NCBI GenBank assembly: GCA_963716175.1
Contig: OY970296.1
Span: forward strand, 3,872,001 to 3,936,000
Length of the DNA stretch: 64,000 nt
DNA from: an uncultured Armatimonadetes bacterium
GTDB taxonomy: Bacteria; Armatimonadota; Hebobacteria; Hebobacterales; Hebobacteraceae
Reading direction: 5' to 3'
Shown: positions 39,921-49,525 of the stretch, piece by piece
Layout: every line of letters begins with the position of its first letter
How positions within the stretch are numbered: position 1 is the first letter of the stretch
Notes under the pieces: generated by a model
Told to the model about the DNA's origin: nothing
Database searches by the model: none
Seen by the model: the letters and a program-made list of their open reading frames with translations, nothing else
Made by a program: the position numbers and the translations under genes

Positions 39921-41618
39921 ATGGCCAACGCCCGAGAGCTAGCTGCCCATCTTCCCATCGTCCGCGCGCTGGCAGCGCGGTCCGCGGCTCGCCGCGCTCT
40001 GATCGCCGCCGATCCCTTCCGGAAGAGCGAGATACAGGAGGAGCGGCTCTGGCTGCTCGCCCTGCTGATCATCTTCCTGCTCTCCGTGAGCCTTTTCCTG
40101 CTCACGGCCACCGAGGATGCCCGGGGGTCGATTCCGGCCTTGGCGATGCCTCTCATGGCCGTGCTGGGCAGCGACATCACCACCTGCTTCCTGCTGGTCA
40201 TGGTGCTGCTGATCACCGCGTACATTCGCGAACGCCTGGCCGAACGCTGGCGGGAGAACCGCCGCCTGGTCGAGCAGCTCACCGCGAAAGAGCGGGCGCT
40301 GAAGAAGAAGGATGCCCAGCTCACCACCTGGGGCGAGCTCAGCCATGCGCTGATCGCGAACTTCGATCTGCCCCGGCTGCTGGATCTGATCGTGACCACC
40401 GCCATCGAGGTGACGGGCGCGGACCGGGGCTCGGTGATGCTGCTCGATGAGAACGATGGGACGCTCTCTATCAAGGCCGCGAAGGGCCTCGGGGCGGAGG
40501 TGGCCAGCGCCACCAAGCTCCGACTGGGCGAGGGGATCGCGGGCCGAGTGGCGCTGACGGGGAAGCCACTGCTGCTGCGCCGCGGCGAGGGACAGCTCGC
40601 GCTGCGGCCGCTGCGTCGCCGAGAAATGCAGATCTCATCGGCGATTTCAGTGCCGCTCCGCATTGAGGACCGGATCGTGGGCACCCTCAATGTCAATGAG
40701 TCGGGGCGGGTCAGCGAGTTTGGAGACGAGCACCTGCGGGCCCTGACCCTCTTCGCCGACCAGGCCGCCCTGGCGCTGGAGAAGGCGCAGCTCTACCGCG
40801 ATTCCCAGCGGCAACTGGAGAAGCTGCTCTCGGTGCTGGACGAGCTGAGCCGGACCCAGGCGCAGCTCGTGCACTCCGAAAAGCTGGCCTCCCTGGGGGT
40901 GCTGGCCGGCGGCGTGGCGCACGAGATCAACAACCCGCTGATGGTGATCCTGGGCCGGACAGAGCTGATGCTGATGGATGAGGACCTGCCCGGCGATGTC
41001 AGAAGCAACCTGGAGACCATCCGGGTGGAGACCGAGCGCATCGCCGAAATCGTGCTGGGCCTGCTCACGTTCGCCCGCAAGAGCCGCCAGGAGAAGATGG
41101 AGACCCTGGATGTGAACGAGGTGCTGGACCGGACGCTGATGCTGAGCGAGCATCAGCTCACCCTGGGCAATGTGCGGGTGGTCAAGGAGCTGGACGCGCA
41201 TCTGCCGGCCATTCAGGCCAACCCAGGGCAGCTCCAGCAGGTCTTCATGAACCTGATGATCAACGCCCACCACGCCATGCCCAACGGGGGCCAGCTCACG
41301 GTACGCACGGGACCGGTGCCCCAGCACCGGGTGTTCATCGAGATCGAGGACACCGGCTGCGGCATTCCCGCCGAGGACCTGAACCGCATCTTCGACCCGT
41401 TCTTCACCACCAAGGAGGAAGGAAAGGGCACCGGCCTGGGCCTCTCGGTGAGCCGCAATATCATCGAGAACCACGGGGGCATCATCGGGGTGGAGAGCAC
41501 GGTCGGCCTGGGCACCCTGTTCCGCGTGGTGCTGCCTGAGGAGTCTCCGGTTCCGGCCAGTCCCCAGACTCCGGTCAGCATCAGCGATCTCACGCAGCGG
41601 GCCACCTTCTCCTTGTAG
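39921..41618 (+). CDS. Sensor histidine kinase (2 TM, GAF, HisKA, HATPase)
   Basis: GEGIAG, HEINNPL, QQVFMNL..NA, DTGCG, FDPFFTTK, GTGLGL. Confidence 0.92.
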   Translation: MANARELAAHLPIVRALAARSAARRALIAADPFRKSEIQEERLWLLALLIIFLLSVSLFLLTATEDARGSIPALAMPLMAVLGSDITTCFLLVMVLLITAYIRERLAERWRENRRLVEQLTAKERALKKKDAQLTTWGELSHALIANFDLPRLLDLIVTTAIEVTGADRGSVMLLDENDGTLSIKAAKGLGAEVASATKLRLGEGIAGRVALTGKPLLLRRGEGQLALRPLRRREMQISSAISVPLRIEDRIVGTLNVNESGRVSEFGDEHLRALTLFADQAALALEKAQLYRDSQRQLEKLLSVLDELSRTQAQLVHSEKLASLGVLAGGVAHEINNPLMVILGRTELMLMDEDLPGDVRSNLETIRVETERIAEIVLGLLTFARKSRQEKMETLDVNEVLDRTLMLSEHQLTLGNVRVVKELDAHLPAIQANPGQLQQVFMNLMINAHHAMPNGGQLTVRTGPVPQHRVFIEIEDTGCGIPAEDLNRIFDPFFTTKEEGKGTGLGLSVSRNIIENHGGIIGVESTVGLGTLFRVVLPEESPVPASPQTPVSISDLTQRATFSL

Positions 41619-41693
41619 GTAGGGCAGGCCTGTCCCGAGCGCAGGCGAGGGATCCGCGACCTGCCCCGGCGGGCATGGGCATGCCCGCCCTAC
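41619..41693. repeat. Inverted REP pair; left REP interrupted by a 24-nt element
   Basis: gtagggcagg[cctgtcccgagcgcaggcgaggga]tccgcgacctgccc then ggcgggcatgggcatgcccgccctac. Confidence 0.8.
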
Positions 41694-41829
41694 AACGCGA
41701 GCGATGCGGGCCCCACCAGGCGCCGATCCGCTTCGCCAGGAGTTCTCCCCCAACGCGTCTAACCCAGTGCGCGTCAGCGCGGGCTTCCATGCGCGTCAGC
41801 ACGGGTTTCCAATGGCGAGAGGAGGGAGC

Positions 41830-42858
41830 ATGGGCGGAGAGCGGCCCCTGGGGATTGGCGTGGTGGGGACAGGCGGCTGGGCGACGAGCTTCTGGCAAGA
41901 AGCCCAGTGCGCCCCGGAGGTGACTCTGGTCGCGGCCTGGGATCGCGACGCGGAACGCCTCAGCCAATTCGCCGACGGCTATGGCTGTGAGGTGGCGCCG
42001 ACCTTCGAGGGCTTGCTCGCGAACCCGAGAGTGGAGGCGGTCGCCATCTTCACGCCAAACAACTTCCATCGGGCGCCGGCGGAGGCGGCCGCGGCCGCCG
42101 GCAAACACGTCTTCACCGAGAAGCCCATCGCCAACACCATCCCCGATGCTGCGGCTATGATCCGGGCCTGCCAGCGCGCGGGGGTGACGTTGATGGTGGG
42201 CCACAGCACGCGTTACCGGGGGCCGGCGCGAGCGCTGAAGTCGCTGCTGGAGGAGGGCCGCCTGGGACAAGTGGTGATGGCAGAGGCCAACATCTCGCAC
42301 TCCGGCGGGAGAAGGCTAACAGAGGCGGAATGGAGGTGGCACCGGGAGGAGGCGCCGGGCGGACCACTGATGCAGCTTTCGGTGCATGCCTTCGACACCT
42401 TGCACTACCTGTTCGGCCCCACCAGGCAGGCCACGGCCCTCTCCACCAGCTCCCTGGCGCCCTCCCAGATCGAGGACGTATTCCTGGCGTTGCTGGAGTT
42501 CGAGTCCGGGCTGCTGGCCTATGTCGGGACCAACTATCTGTGCCCGCCAGTGAACTATGTGCGCATCTACGGGGTCGCCGGAAACGTCCACTCAGAGGGC
42601 CCGAAAGTGACCTTCTTGAAGGCGGCCGGCGACTGGGACAGCCACCCGGAGGGGGTGCCAGTCCGCGAGATCAGCGCCCCGGCCGCGGAAATGGCGGAAC
42701 TGGCGCGGGCGGCGCGAGCGCACGGCCACCCCGAGACCGGTGGGAAGGAGGGGCTGCTGGCCCTGGGGGTGGCGTGGGCCTGCCTGCTGTCGGCCGAGCA
42801 GGGCTGCGCGGTGGAGGTGCGGCAGGCGCTGGGAGAAGCGGCGGCGCTGGCGACCTGA
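41830..42858 (+). CDS. Gfo/Idh/MocA oxidoreductase
   Basis: GVVGTGG, TPN..H, GKHVFTEKP, GG.....VH..D. Confidence 0.9.
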   Translation: MGGERPLGIGVVGTGGWATSFWQEAQCAPEVTLVAAWDRDAERLSQFADGYGCEVAPTFEGLLANPRVEAVAIFTPNNFHRAPAEAAAAAGKHVFTEKPIANTIPDAAAMIRACQRAGVTLMVGHSTRYRGPARALKSLLEEGRLGQVVMAEANISHSGGRRLTEAEWRWHREEAPGGPLMQLSVHAFDTLHYLFGPTRQATALSTSSLAPSQIEDVFLALLEFESGLLAYVGTNYLCPPVNYVRIYGVAGNVHSEGPKVTFLKAAGDWDSHPEGVPVREISAPAAEMAELARAARAHGHPETGGKEGLLALGVAWACLLSAEQGCAVEVRQALGEAAALAT

Positions 42859-42872
42859 TCCGAGAAGCTGTG

Positions 42873-42895
42873 GTAGCCCAGGCTCCCGGCCTGGG
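42873..42895 (+). repeat. GTAG REP
   Basis: gtagcccaggctcccggcctggg. Confidence 0.7.
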
Positions 42896-42987
42896 AGACA
42901 CGCGTTCCCGACGGACGCAGGTTTCCCTGCGATTCCGACGAACCGCGGGGATGACTTCGGCCTGCGCCGAGTGCAGCCGAGCAGGAG

Positions 42988-43863
42988 GTGGCGATGCTGC
43001 TGCGACCGCAGATGATCGAGCCAGGAACACTGAAGGAGGCGGTGGCCGCGCTCAGCCGGCAGCGGGGGGCAATGGCCTTGGCCGGCGCCACCGACTTGAT
43101 CCCGGCGATCCGGCGGGGGATGGCCAAGCCGCGGGTGCTGGTCAACCTGAAAGGCATCCCCGAGCTGGCGGGGGTGCGGCGGGTGAAGGGCGGCCTGAGC
43201 ATCGGCGCGCTCACCAAAGTGGCAGACTTGCTGCGCAGCCCGCTGGTGGCGCGCGATTGGCCTGTGCTGGCCGAGATCGCCCGCGATTTCGGTTCGCCGC
43301 AAATCCGGAACCTGGCCACAGTAGGCGGGAACCTGTGCAATGCCACGCCCTCCGCCGATCTACCGCTGCCCCTGCTGGTGCTGGAGGCGCGGCTCGAGGT
43401 CGCGGGGCCGCGGGGCAAGAGAGAGCTGGCCATCTCCGACTTTTTCCGGAATGTGAACAAGACGGCGTTGCGCGCTGGTGAGATCCTGACCGCGATCGTG
43501 GTGCCGCGGCCTCCCGTCCGCACCGGGGTGGCCTGGGAGAAGCTGGTGGGTCGGCGGGCGATGGATCTGGCCATCGCCGCAGCCGCGGTGGCGGTCACGC
43601 TGGCCCCAGATGGGAAGACGTGCCGAAAGGCGCGAGTGGCCTTGGGCGCGGTGGCGCCAATCCCCATGAGGGCCCGCGCCGCGGAATCGGTGCTCGAGGG
43701 GAAGAAGCTCACCCCGTCGCTGCTGGCTGAGGCGGCAGCGGCCGCCGCGGCCGAGGCGAAGCCAGTCTCCGACCTGCGCGCCAGCGCCCACTACCGGCGA
43801 GAGATGACGGAAGTGCTGGTGCGGCGAGCACTGCGGCAAGCGCAGCAACGGGCGGTCCGGTAG
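42988..43863 (+). CDS. Xanthine dehydrogenase family FAD subunit (CoxM-like)
   Basis: AGATDL, QIRNLATVGGNLCNA.PSAD, GAVAP.P, SDLRASA.YR. Confidence 0.92.
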   Translation: MAMLLRPQMIEPGTLKEAVAALSRQRGAMALAGATDLIPAIRRGMAKPRVLVNLKGIPELAGVRRVKGGLSIGALTKVADLLRSPLVARDWPVLAEIARDFGSPQIRNLATVGGNLCNATPSADLPLPLLVLEARLEVAGPRGKRELAISDFFRNVNKTALRAGEILTAIVVPRPPVRTGVAWEKLVGRRAMDLAIAAAAVAVTLAPDGKTCRKARVALGAVAPIPMRARAAESVLEGKKLTPSLLAEAAAAAAAEAKPVSDLRASAHYRREMTEVLVRRALRQAQQRAVR

Positions 43864-43883
43864 GGCAGGTCCGCGACCTGCCC
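43860..43883 (+). repeat. GTAG REP supplying the stop codon of the FAD subunit
   Basis: gtagggcaggtccgcgacctgccc, identical to 56828 and to the reverse complement of 19530. Confidence 0.85.
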
Positions 43884-43912
43884 CATGAGCAGAGCAGGAA
43901 GAGGAGCGACAC

Positions 43913-44428
43913 ATGAGTGATCAGATGCTCAGCTTCCGTGTCAATGGCGGAAGCTACCAGGCCGCAGCGCATCCCGCCGAGCGGCTGGTGGATGTGCTGC
44001 GCTATCAGCTCGGCTTCACGGGCGTGAAGGAGGGCTGCGGCACCGGCCAATGCGGCGCCTGCACGGTCCTGCTGGACGGCCGCCCCGTGAACTCGTGCCT
44101 GACCTTCGCGGGCGACGCTGTGGGGCACGAGATCACGACCATCGAAGGTCTGGCCGAAGGCGGGGAGCTGCACCCTCTGCAGCAGGCCTTCATCCAGCAC
44201 GGCGCGGTGCAGTGCGGCTTCTGCACCCCCGGCATGCTGCTGGCGGCGAAGGCGCTGCTGGACGAGAACCCGGGGCCGACGGAAGAGGAAATCCGCCGAG
44301 GATTGACCGGCAATCTCTGCCGATGCACGGGCTATCGCAAGATCATTGACGCCATCCAGGCGGTGGCCGGTTTGCCCGCCAGCCGTGCGGCGCGGCCGCC
44401 GCGCGCCACGCGGAGGAGCCGGCGTTGA
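43913..44428 (+). CDS. Xanthine dehydrogenase family 2Fe-2S subunit (CoxS-like)
   Basis: GCGTGQCGAC, SC, QCGFCTPG, GNLCRCTGY. Confidence 0.95.
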   Translation: MSDQMLSFRVNGGSYQAAAHPAERLVDVLRYQLGFTGVKEGCGTGQCGACTVLLDGRPVNSCLTFAGDAVGHEITTIEGLAEGGELHPLQQAFIQHGAVQCGFCTPGMLLAAKALLDENPGPTEEEIRRGLTGNLCRCTGYRKIIDAIQAVAGLPASRAARPPRATRRSRR

Positions 44429-46706
44429 GGTACGTCGCGGTCGGCAAACGCGTGCCGCGCCTCGACGCCCCCGAGAAGGTGACGGGGAAGGAGCAATTTG
44501 GCGCCGACATCGCCCTGCCGGGAATGGTATGGGGGGCGGTCCGGCGGTCACGAGAGCCGCATGCCCGCATCCGCGGCATGGACACGAGCAAGGCCGTACG
44601 GATGCCGGGCGTGGTGGCGGTGATCACCGGGCGTGAGCTTCCCGCCCTGGCGCGAGACAAGGTGCGCTACCAGGGGGAAGCAGTAGCGGCAGTGGCGGCG
44701 CTGACCCGCGAACGAGCGTCGGCAGCGGCGCGGGCCATCGCGGTGGACTACGAGCGCTTGCCTGTGGTCACTGACGTGCGGGCCGCAATCCGGCCAGGGG
44801 CGCCGCTGCTACACGCCGATGTGGTAGCCCAGGCTCCCAGCCTGGCACGCCGTCGCCAAGAGGCCGAGCCGCGCACGCTGCCCAACGTGTGCGATGAGAC
44901 GGTGGTGAGGCGAGGAGACGTGAAGGCCGGGTTCGCCGCCAGCGACCTCATCTTCGAGGACACCTTCGAGACGCCGTGGGTGCACCAGGGGTACATCGAG
45001 CCCCATGTCTCGGTGGCCGACTACAACCCGGTCACCGGGAAACTATCAATCTGGACCAGCACACAGGGGCAGTTCGCGGTCCGCAGCAGGGTAGCTCAGA
45101 CGCTGGGCCTGCCGATGAACCGGGTGCGGGTGATCGGCGCTCCCGTGGGGGGAGGGTTCGGAGGCAAGGGAGGGGTGATACTGGAGCCGATCTGCGCCGC
45201 GTTGTCGCGGCAATGCGGACGGCCGGTGAAGATGGTGATGACACGGGAGGAAGAGTTCCTGGCGAACCGGCCCTGCGGAGGATCAGTGCTGGAGCTGAAG
45301 ACTGGAGTCAAGAAGAGCGGCGAACTGATGGCGCTGCAAGCGCGGCTGCTGTTCGACACCGGGGCCTATGGCGGGGCGCAAGCCGGCACCGGGGCCACCC
45401 TGGTGCAGGGACCCTATCGCATCCCCAACCTGCTGGTGAGGGCCTACTCGATCTACACCAATAAGCCGTCGGCCGGAGCGAGAAGGGCGCTGACCGCCCC
45501 GCATGTGCATTTCGCCATCGAAAGCCAGCTCGACATCATCGCCCATGCGCTGGAGATGGACCCGCTGGAGATCAGGCTGAAGAACGTGATCGGGGAGGGT
45601 GATCCGGTGGTCGGAAATGCCACCATGCCCTACTCGCTGCCGGAGAAGGTGATTCGGGCGGCGGCGGAGGGCGCGGGTGGTCGCGTAGGGGCGTGGTTCA
45701 CCACGCCCAGAAGGCGGGCGCAATGAAGTGCGCCCCTGCCGAGGGGAAGGCGAGGGGGATGGGCATCGCGGCCGGGCACTGGACGTGCTGGGCCGCGGGA
45801 TCGAGCGCCTATGTGCAGCTCAACGAGGATGGCACAGTCTCGGTGGTGACCGGCGCGATCAACTTGAGTGGCACCGACACCTCCTTCGCCCAGATCGCGG
45901 CGGAGTCGTTCGGCATCCCCGTGGCGCGAGTGACCGTGCAGGTGGGCGACACTGACACCGGCCCGCGGAACGACGGCTCTCACCACAGCCGGGTGCTGTT
46001 CGGCGTCGGGGAGGCAGTGCGGCGAGCCTGCGAGGACGCCAAGCGCCAGCTCGCGGAGACGCTGGCCGCTGATCTGGGCGCCAGCCCGGACAAGATCGAA
46101 GTCTCGCAGGGCCGGGTGAGGGTGGCGGGCATGGGTAGGCCCGCCCTGCAGTTGGCGGAGGCGGCAAGCCGGGCGGCCGACTACCGCGGCGCGATCGTGG
46201 GGCGGGCCGCGCTGACGGAGCTGCCGTTCTCGATCTCGTCTGCGGCGCAGGTGGCGGAGGTGGAGGTAGACTGCGAGACTGGGCAGGTGGAGCTGAAGCG
46301 GCTCACCTGCGCTCAGGATGTGGGGTTCGCAATCAACCCCATGAGTGTGGAGGGCCAGATCGAGGGAGGGGCCTCGCACGGGATTGGCTATGCGTTGAGC
46401 GAGGAGTACCGGTACCATCAGGGACGATTGCTGAATGGCAACTTCATGGACTTTCGCATGCCCACCGCGCTGGATCACCCCGAATACCGGATCGCGCTGA
46501 TCGAGGAGCAAGTGGATGGCGGACCCTTCGGGGCGAAGGGCGTAGGCGAGCCCCCGACCATCCCCACCGCGGCTGCTATCGCGAACGCGATCTTCGATGC
46601 CGTGGGGGCCAGGGTGAGAGAGATTCCGATCACGCCGGAGCGGCTGTATTGGGCGATGAAGAGCGCCAAACCGGCGGAGAGGGCGAAGGCAGGGAGACGG
46701 CGATGA
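44425..46706 (+). CDS. Xanthine dehydrogenase family molybdopterin subunit 1 (apparent 1-nt deletion at about 45675)
   Basis: KVTG, YIEP, STQ, GGGFGGK, GQIEGG, AKGVGEPP; gcgGGGtgg has one G fewer than the paralog. Confidence 0.88.
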
Positions 46707-48933
46707 GATACACGGCGGTCGGGAAGAGAGTCCCGCGGCTGGATGGACCCGAGAAGGTCACGGGCCAGGCGCGCTTCGGGGCGGACATCAGCCTGCCGGG
46801 GATGGCGTGGGGAGCGGTGGTGCGCTCGCGCCAGCCGCACACGTGGATCCGCGGCGTGCACACGGAGAAGGCCTCGCGCATGCCGGGCGTGCTGGCGATA
46901 ATCACCGGGAAAGACTTCCCGCGCCTGGGTGAGAGTGACGTGCCCGTGCTGGCGCGGGACAAGGTGCGGTACCAAGGCGAGGCCGTGGCTGCGCTAGCGG
47001 CGCTCACGCCCGAGCAGGCCGCCGCCGCGGCGCGCGCGATCCAGGTGGACTACGAGCCACTGCCGGTGCTCACGGATGTGCGAATGGCGATTGAGCCACG
47101 CGCGACCCTGGTGCACGAAGAGGCGAAGCCGGCGGCCCTTCCTAATGTCTGCGACCAGACCACGGTGAGGCGCGGCGACGTGCAGGCCGGGTTCGCGGCC
47201 TCCTACCGTGTGTTCGAGGATACCTTCGAGACGCCGTGGGTGCACCAGGGGTACATCGAACCCCATGTTGCACTCGCCGACGTCAACCCGGCGACAGGCA
47301 AGGTGACGGTGTGGACGAGCACCCAGGCCCAGTTCAACCTGCGGTCGGAGCTGGCCGGGATCTTCGACCTCCCAATGCATCGGGTGCGCGTGATCGGCAC
47401 CCCGGTGGGCGGCGGGTTCGGGGGAAAAGCGGCGGCCACCGTGGAGCCCCTGTGCCTCGAGCTGTCCAGGCGCATCCATCGGCCTGTGAAGATCATCATG
47501 AGCCGCGAAGACGAGTTCCTCGCCAACCACCCCTGCGGCGGGTCGGTGCTGGAGCTGAAGACCGGGGTCAAGAAGGACGGGGAACTGGTGGCGCTGCAGG
47601 CGCGGCTGCTGTTCGACACTGGCGCCTATGCGGGAGCGCAGTCCGGCACCGGCGCGGTGCTGGCGCAGGGTCCGTATCGCTTCCCCAACCTGCTGGTCCG
47701 GGCCTATGCCATCTACACCAACAAGCCATCGGCCGGGGCCCGCCGAGCCCTCACCGCGCCGCACGTGCACTTCGCCCTGGAAAGCCAGCTCGACATCATC
47801 GCGCATGAGCTCGCTCTCGATCCGCTGGCGATTCGGCTCAGAACGCGCTGCGTGAGGGCGACCCGGTGGTGGGCGACAGCACCCTTCCCTACTCCCTCCC
47901 GGAGAAGGTGATCCGGGCTGCGGCAGAGGGCGCGGGGTGGTCGCGTAGGGGCGTGGTTCACCACGCACGAAACCTGGGCGCGATAGACCGCGCCCCTACC
48001 ACGGGCAAGGCGCGGGGCGTCGGCATCGCGGGCGGACATTGGACCTGCTGGGCGGGGCCGTCGAGTGCGGTGGTTCACGTGAATGAGGATGGCACGGTCT
48101 CCGTGCTCACCGGTGCGATCAACCTGACTGGCACAGATACCTCTTTCGCGCAGATCGCGGCGGAGTCCTTTGGCATTCCCGTGGAGCGGGTGACGGTGCA
48201 GGTCGGAGATACGGACACGGGGCCGCGCAATGAGGGCTCCTGGGGGAGCCGGGTGCTGTTCGGCGTCGGGGAGGCGGTGCGGCGCGCCTGCGAGGATGCC
48301 AAGCGCGAGCTGGCGGAGGCGCTGGCAGCCGAGCTGGGCACGGCGCCGGATGAGATCGAGGTGGCGGGGGGCCGCGTGCGCGCGGGGGGCCGCCGGTTCC
48401 CGCTGGCCGAGGCCGCCGGCCGGGCCGTGGAATACCGGGGCGCGGTGGTGGGGCGGGCGGCGCTGACCGAACTCCCCTTCGGCATTGCGTTTTCTGCCCA
48501 AGTGGCGGAGGTGGAGGTGGACCGAGAGACGGGCCAGGTGGAGCTGAAACGGCTGATCTGCGCGCAGGATGTAGGGCTGGCCATCAACCCCATGAGCGTG
48601 GAGGGACAGATCGAGGGGGCGGCCTCGCAGGGCCTGGGCTATGCGCTGTGCGAGGAGTACATCTACGATCAGGGGCGGATGCTGAACGCGAACCTGATGG
48701 ACTTCCGCATGCCCACCGCGCTCGATCATCCCGAGTTCCAGGTGGCGCTGATTGAAGAGCAACTCGACGGAGGCCCCTTTGGGGCGAAGGGGGTGGGCGA
48801 GCCGCCGATGATCCCGACGGCGCCCGCCATCGCCAATGCCATCTTCGATGCCGTGGGAGCCCGCGTGCGGCGCCTGCCGATCACGCCGGAGCGGCTGCAC
48901 GCGGAGATGAAGCGTGGCCGATCGGGCCGGTGA
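46703..48933 (+). CDS. Xanthine dehydrogenase family molybdopterin subunit 2 (apparent 1-nt deletion at about 47840)
   Basis: Colinear paralog of 44425-46706; ctcagaac versus ctgaagaac (LKN) in copy 1. Confidence 0.88.
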
Positions 48934-49525
48934 GCAGACGGCGGCAGTGGTGCTGGCAGCGGGAGAATCATCTCGCCTGGGGCGGCCCAAATCACTCCTG
49001 CCTTTCGGCGAAAGCACAGTGATTGGCTGTGTGGTGGGGGCGATGGAGGGCGCCGGAGTGCATCCCATACTGGTGGTGGCGGGAGCCGCTGCCCCAGAGA
49101 TACAGGCGGCCCTCGCTAGGACGCCAGCACAGGTGCTCCTCAACCCCGCACCCGAGCGGGGGATGGTATCGTCTCTGCGCATCGGCGTAGGCGCGCTGCC
49201 GGATAAGGTTGGGCGCTTCCTGATCGCGCTGGGAGACCAACCCAGGCTCAAGGCCTCTGATGTCACGCGCCTCCTGGACGAACAGGCGCGCCTGGGCAAG
49301 GACATCGCCATCGCCAGCTACCGGGGGAAGCGCGGTCATCCGGTCGTCTTCACCTCCCGCTATCGCGAGGAGATACTCACCTTGCGGGATGACCAGGTTC
49401 TCCGCGATCTGATCCACTCCCATGCCGATGATGTGACAGTGGTGGAATGCGAATCCGACGGCGTGATCCATGACATTGACACCCAGGAAGACTATGAGCG
49501 TGAACTCGGGCGGACCAATCCCTAG
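48914..49525 (+). CDS. mocA: Molybdenum cofactor cytidylyltransferase (MocA-like)
   Basis: LAAGESSR.G.PK, GM.SSL, GDQP, GHPV.F, DIDT.EDY. Confidence 0.8.
   Translation: MADRAGEQTAAVVLAAGESSRLGRPKSLLPFGESTVIGCVVGAMEGAGVHPILVVAGAAAPEIQAALARTPAQVLLNPAPERGMVSSLRIGVGALPDKVGRFLIALGDQPRLKASDVTRLLDEQARLGKDIAIASYRGKRGHPVVFTSRYREEILTLRDDQVLRDLIHSHADDVTVVECESDGVIHDIDTQEDYERELGRTNP

Noticed and set aside
44425-48933. Four separate (split) Mo-subunit genes or programmed frameshifting
   Set aside because: The breaks are at different positions in the two paralogs, and each is repaired by one base present in the other copy.
44425-48933. Aerobic CO dehydrogenase (coxMSL)
   Set aside because: The AYxCSFR motif is absent.
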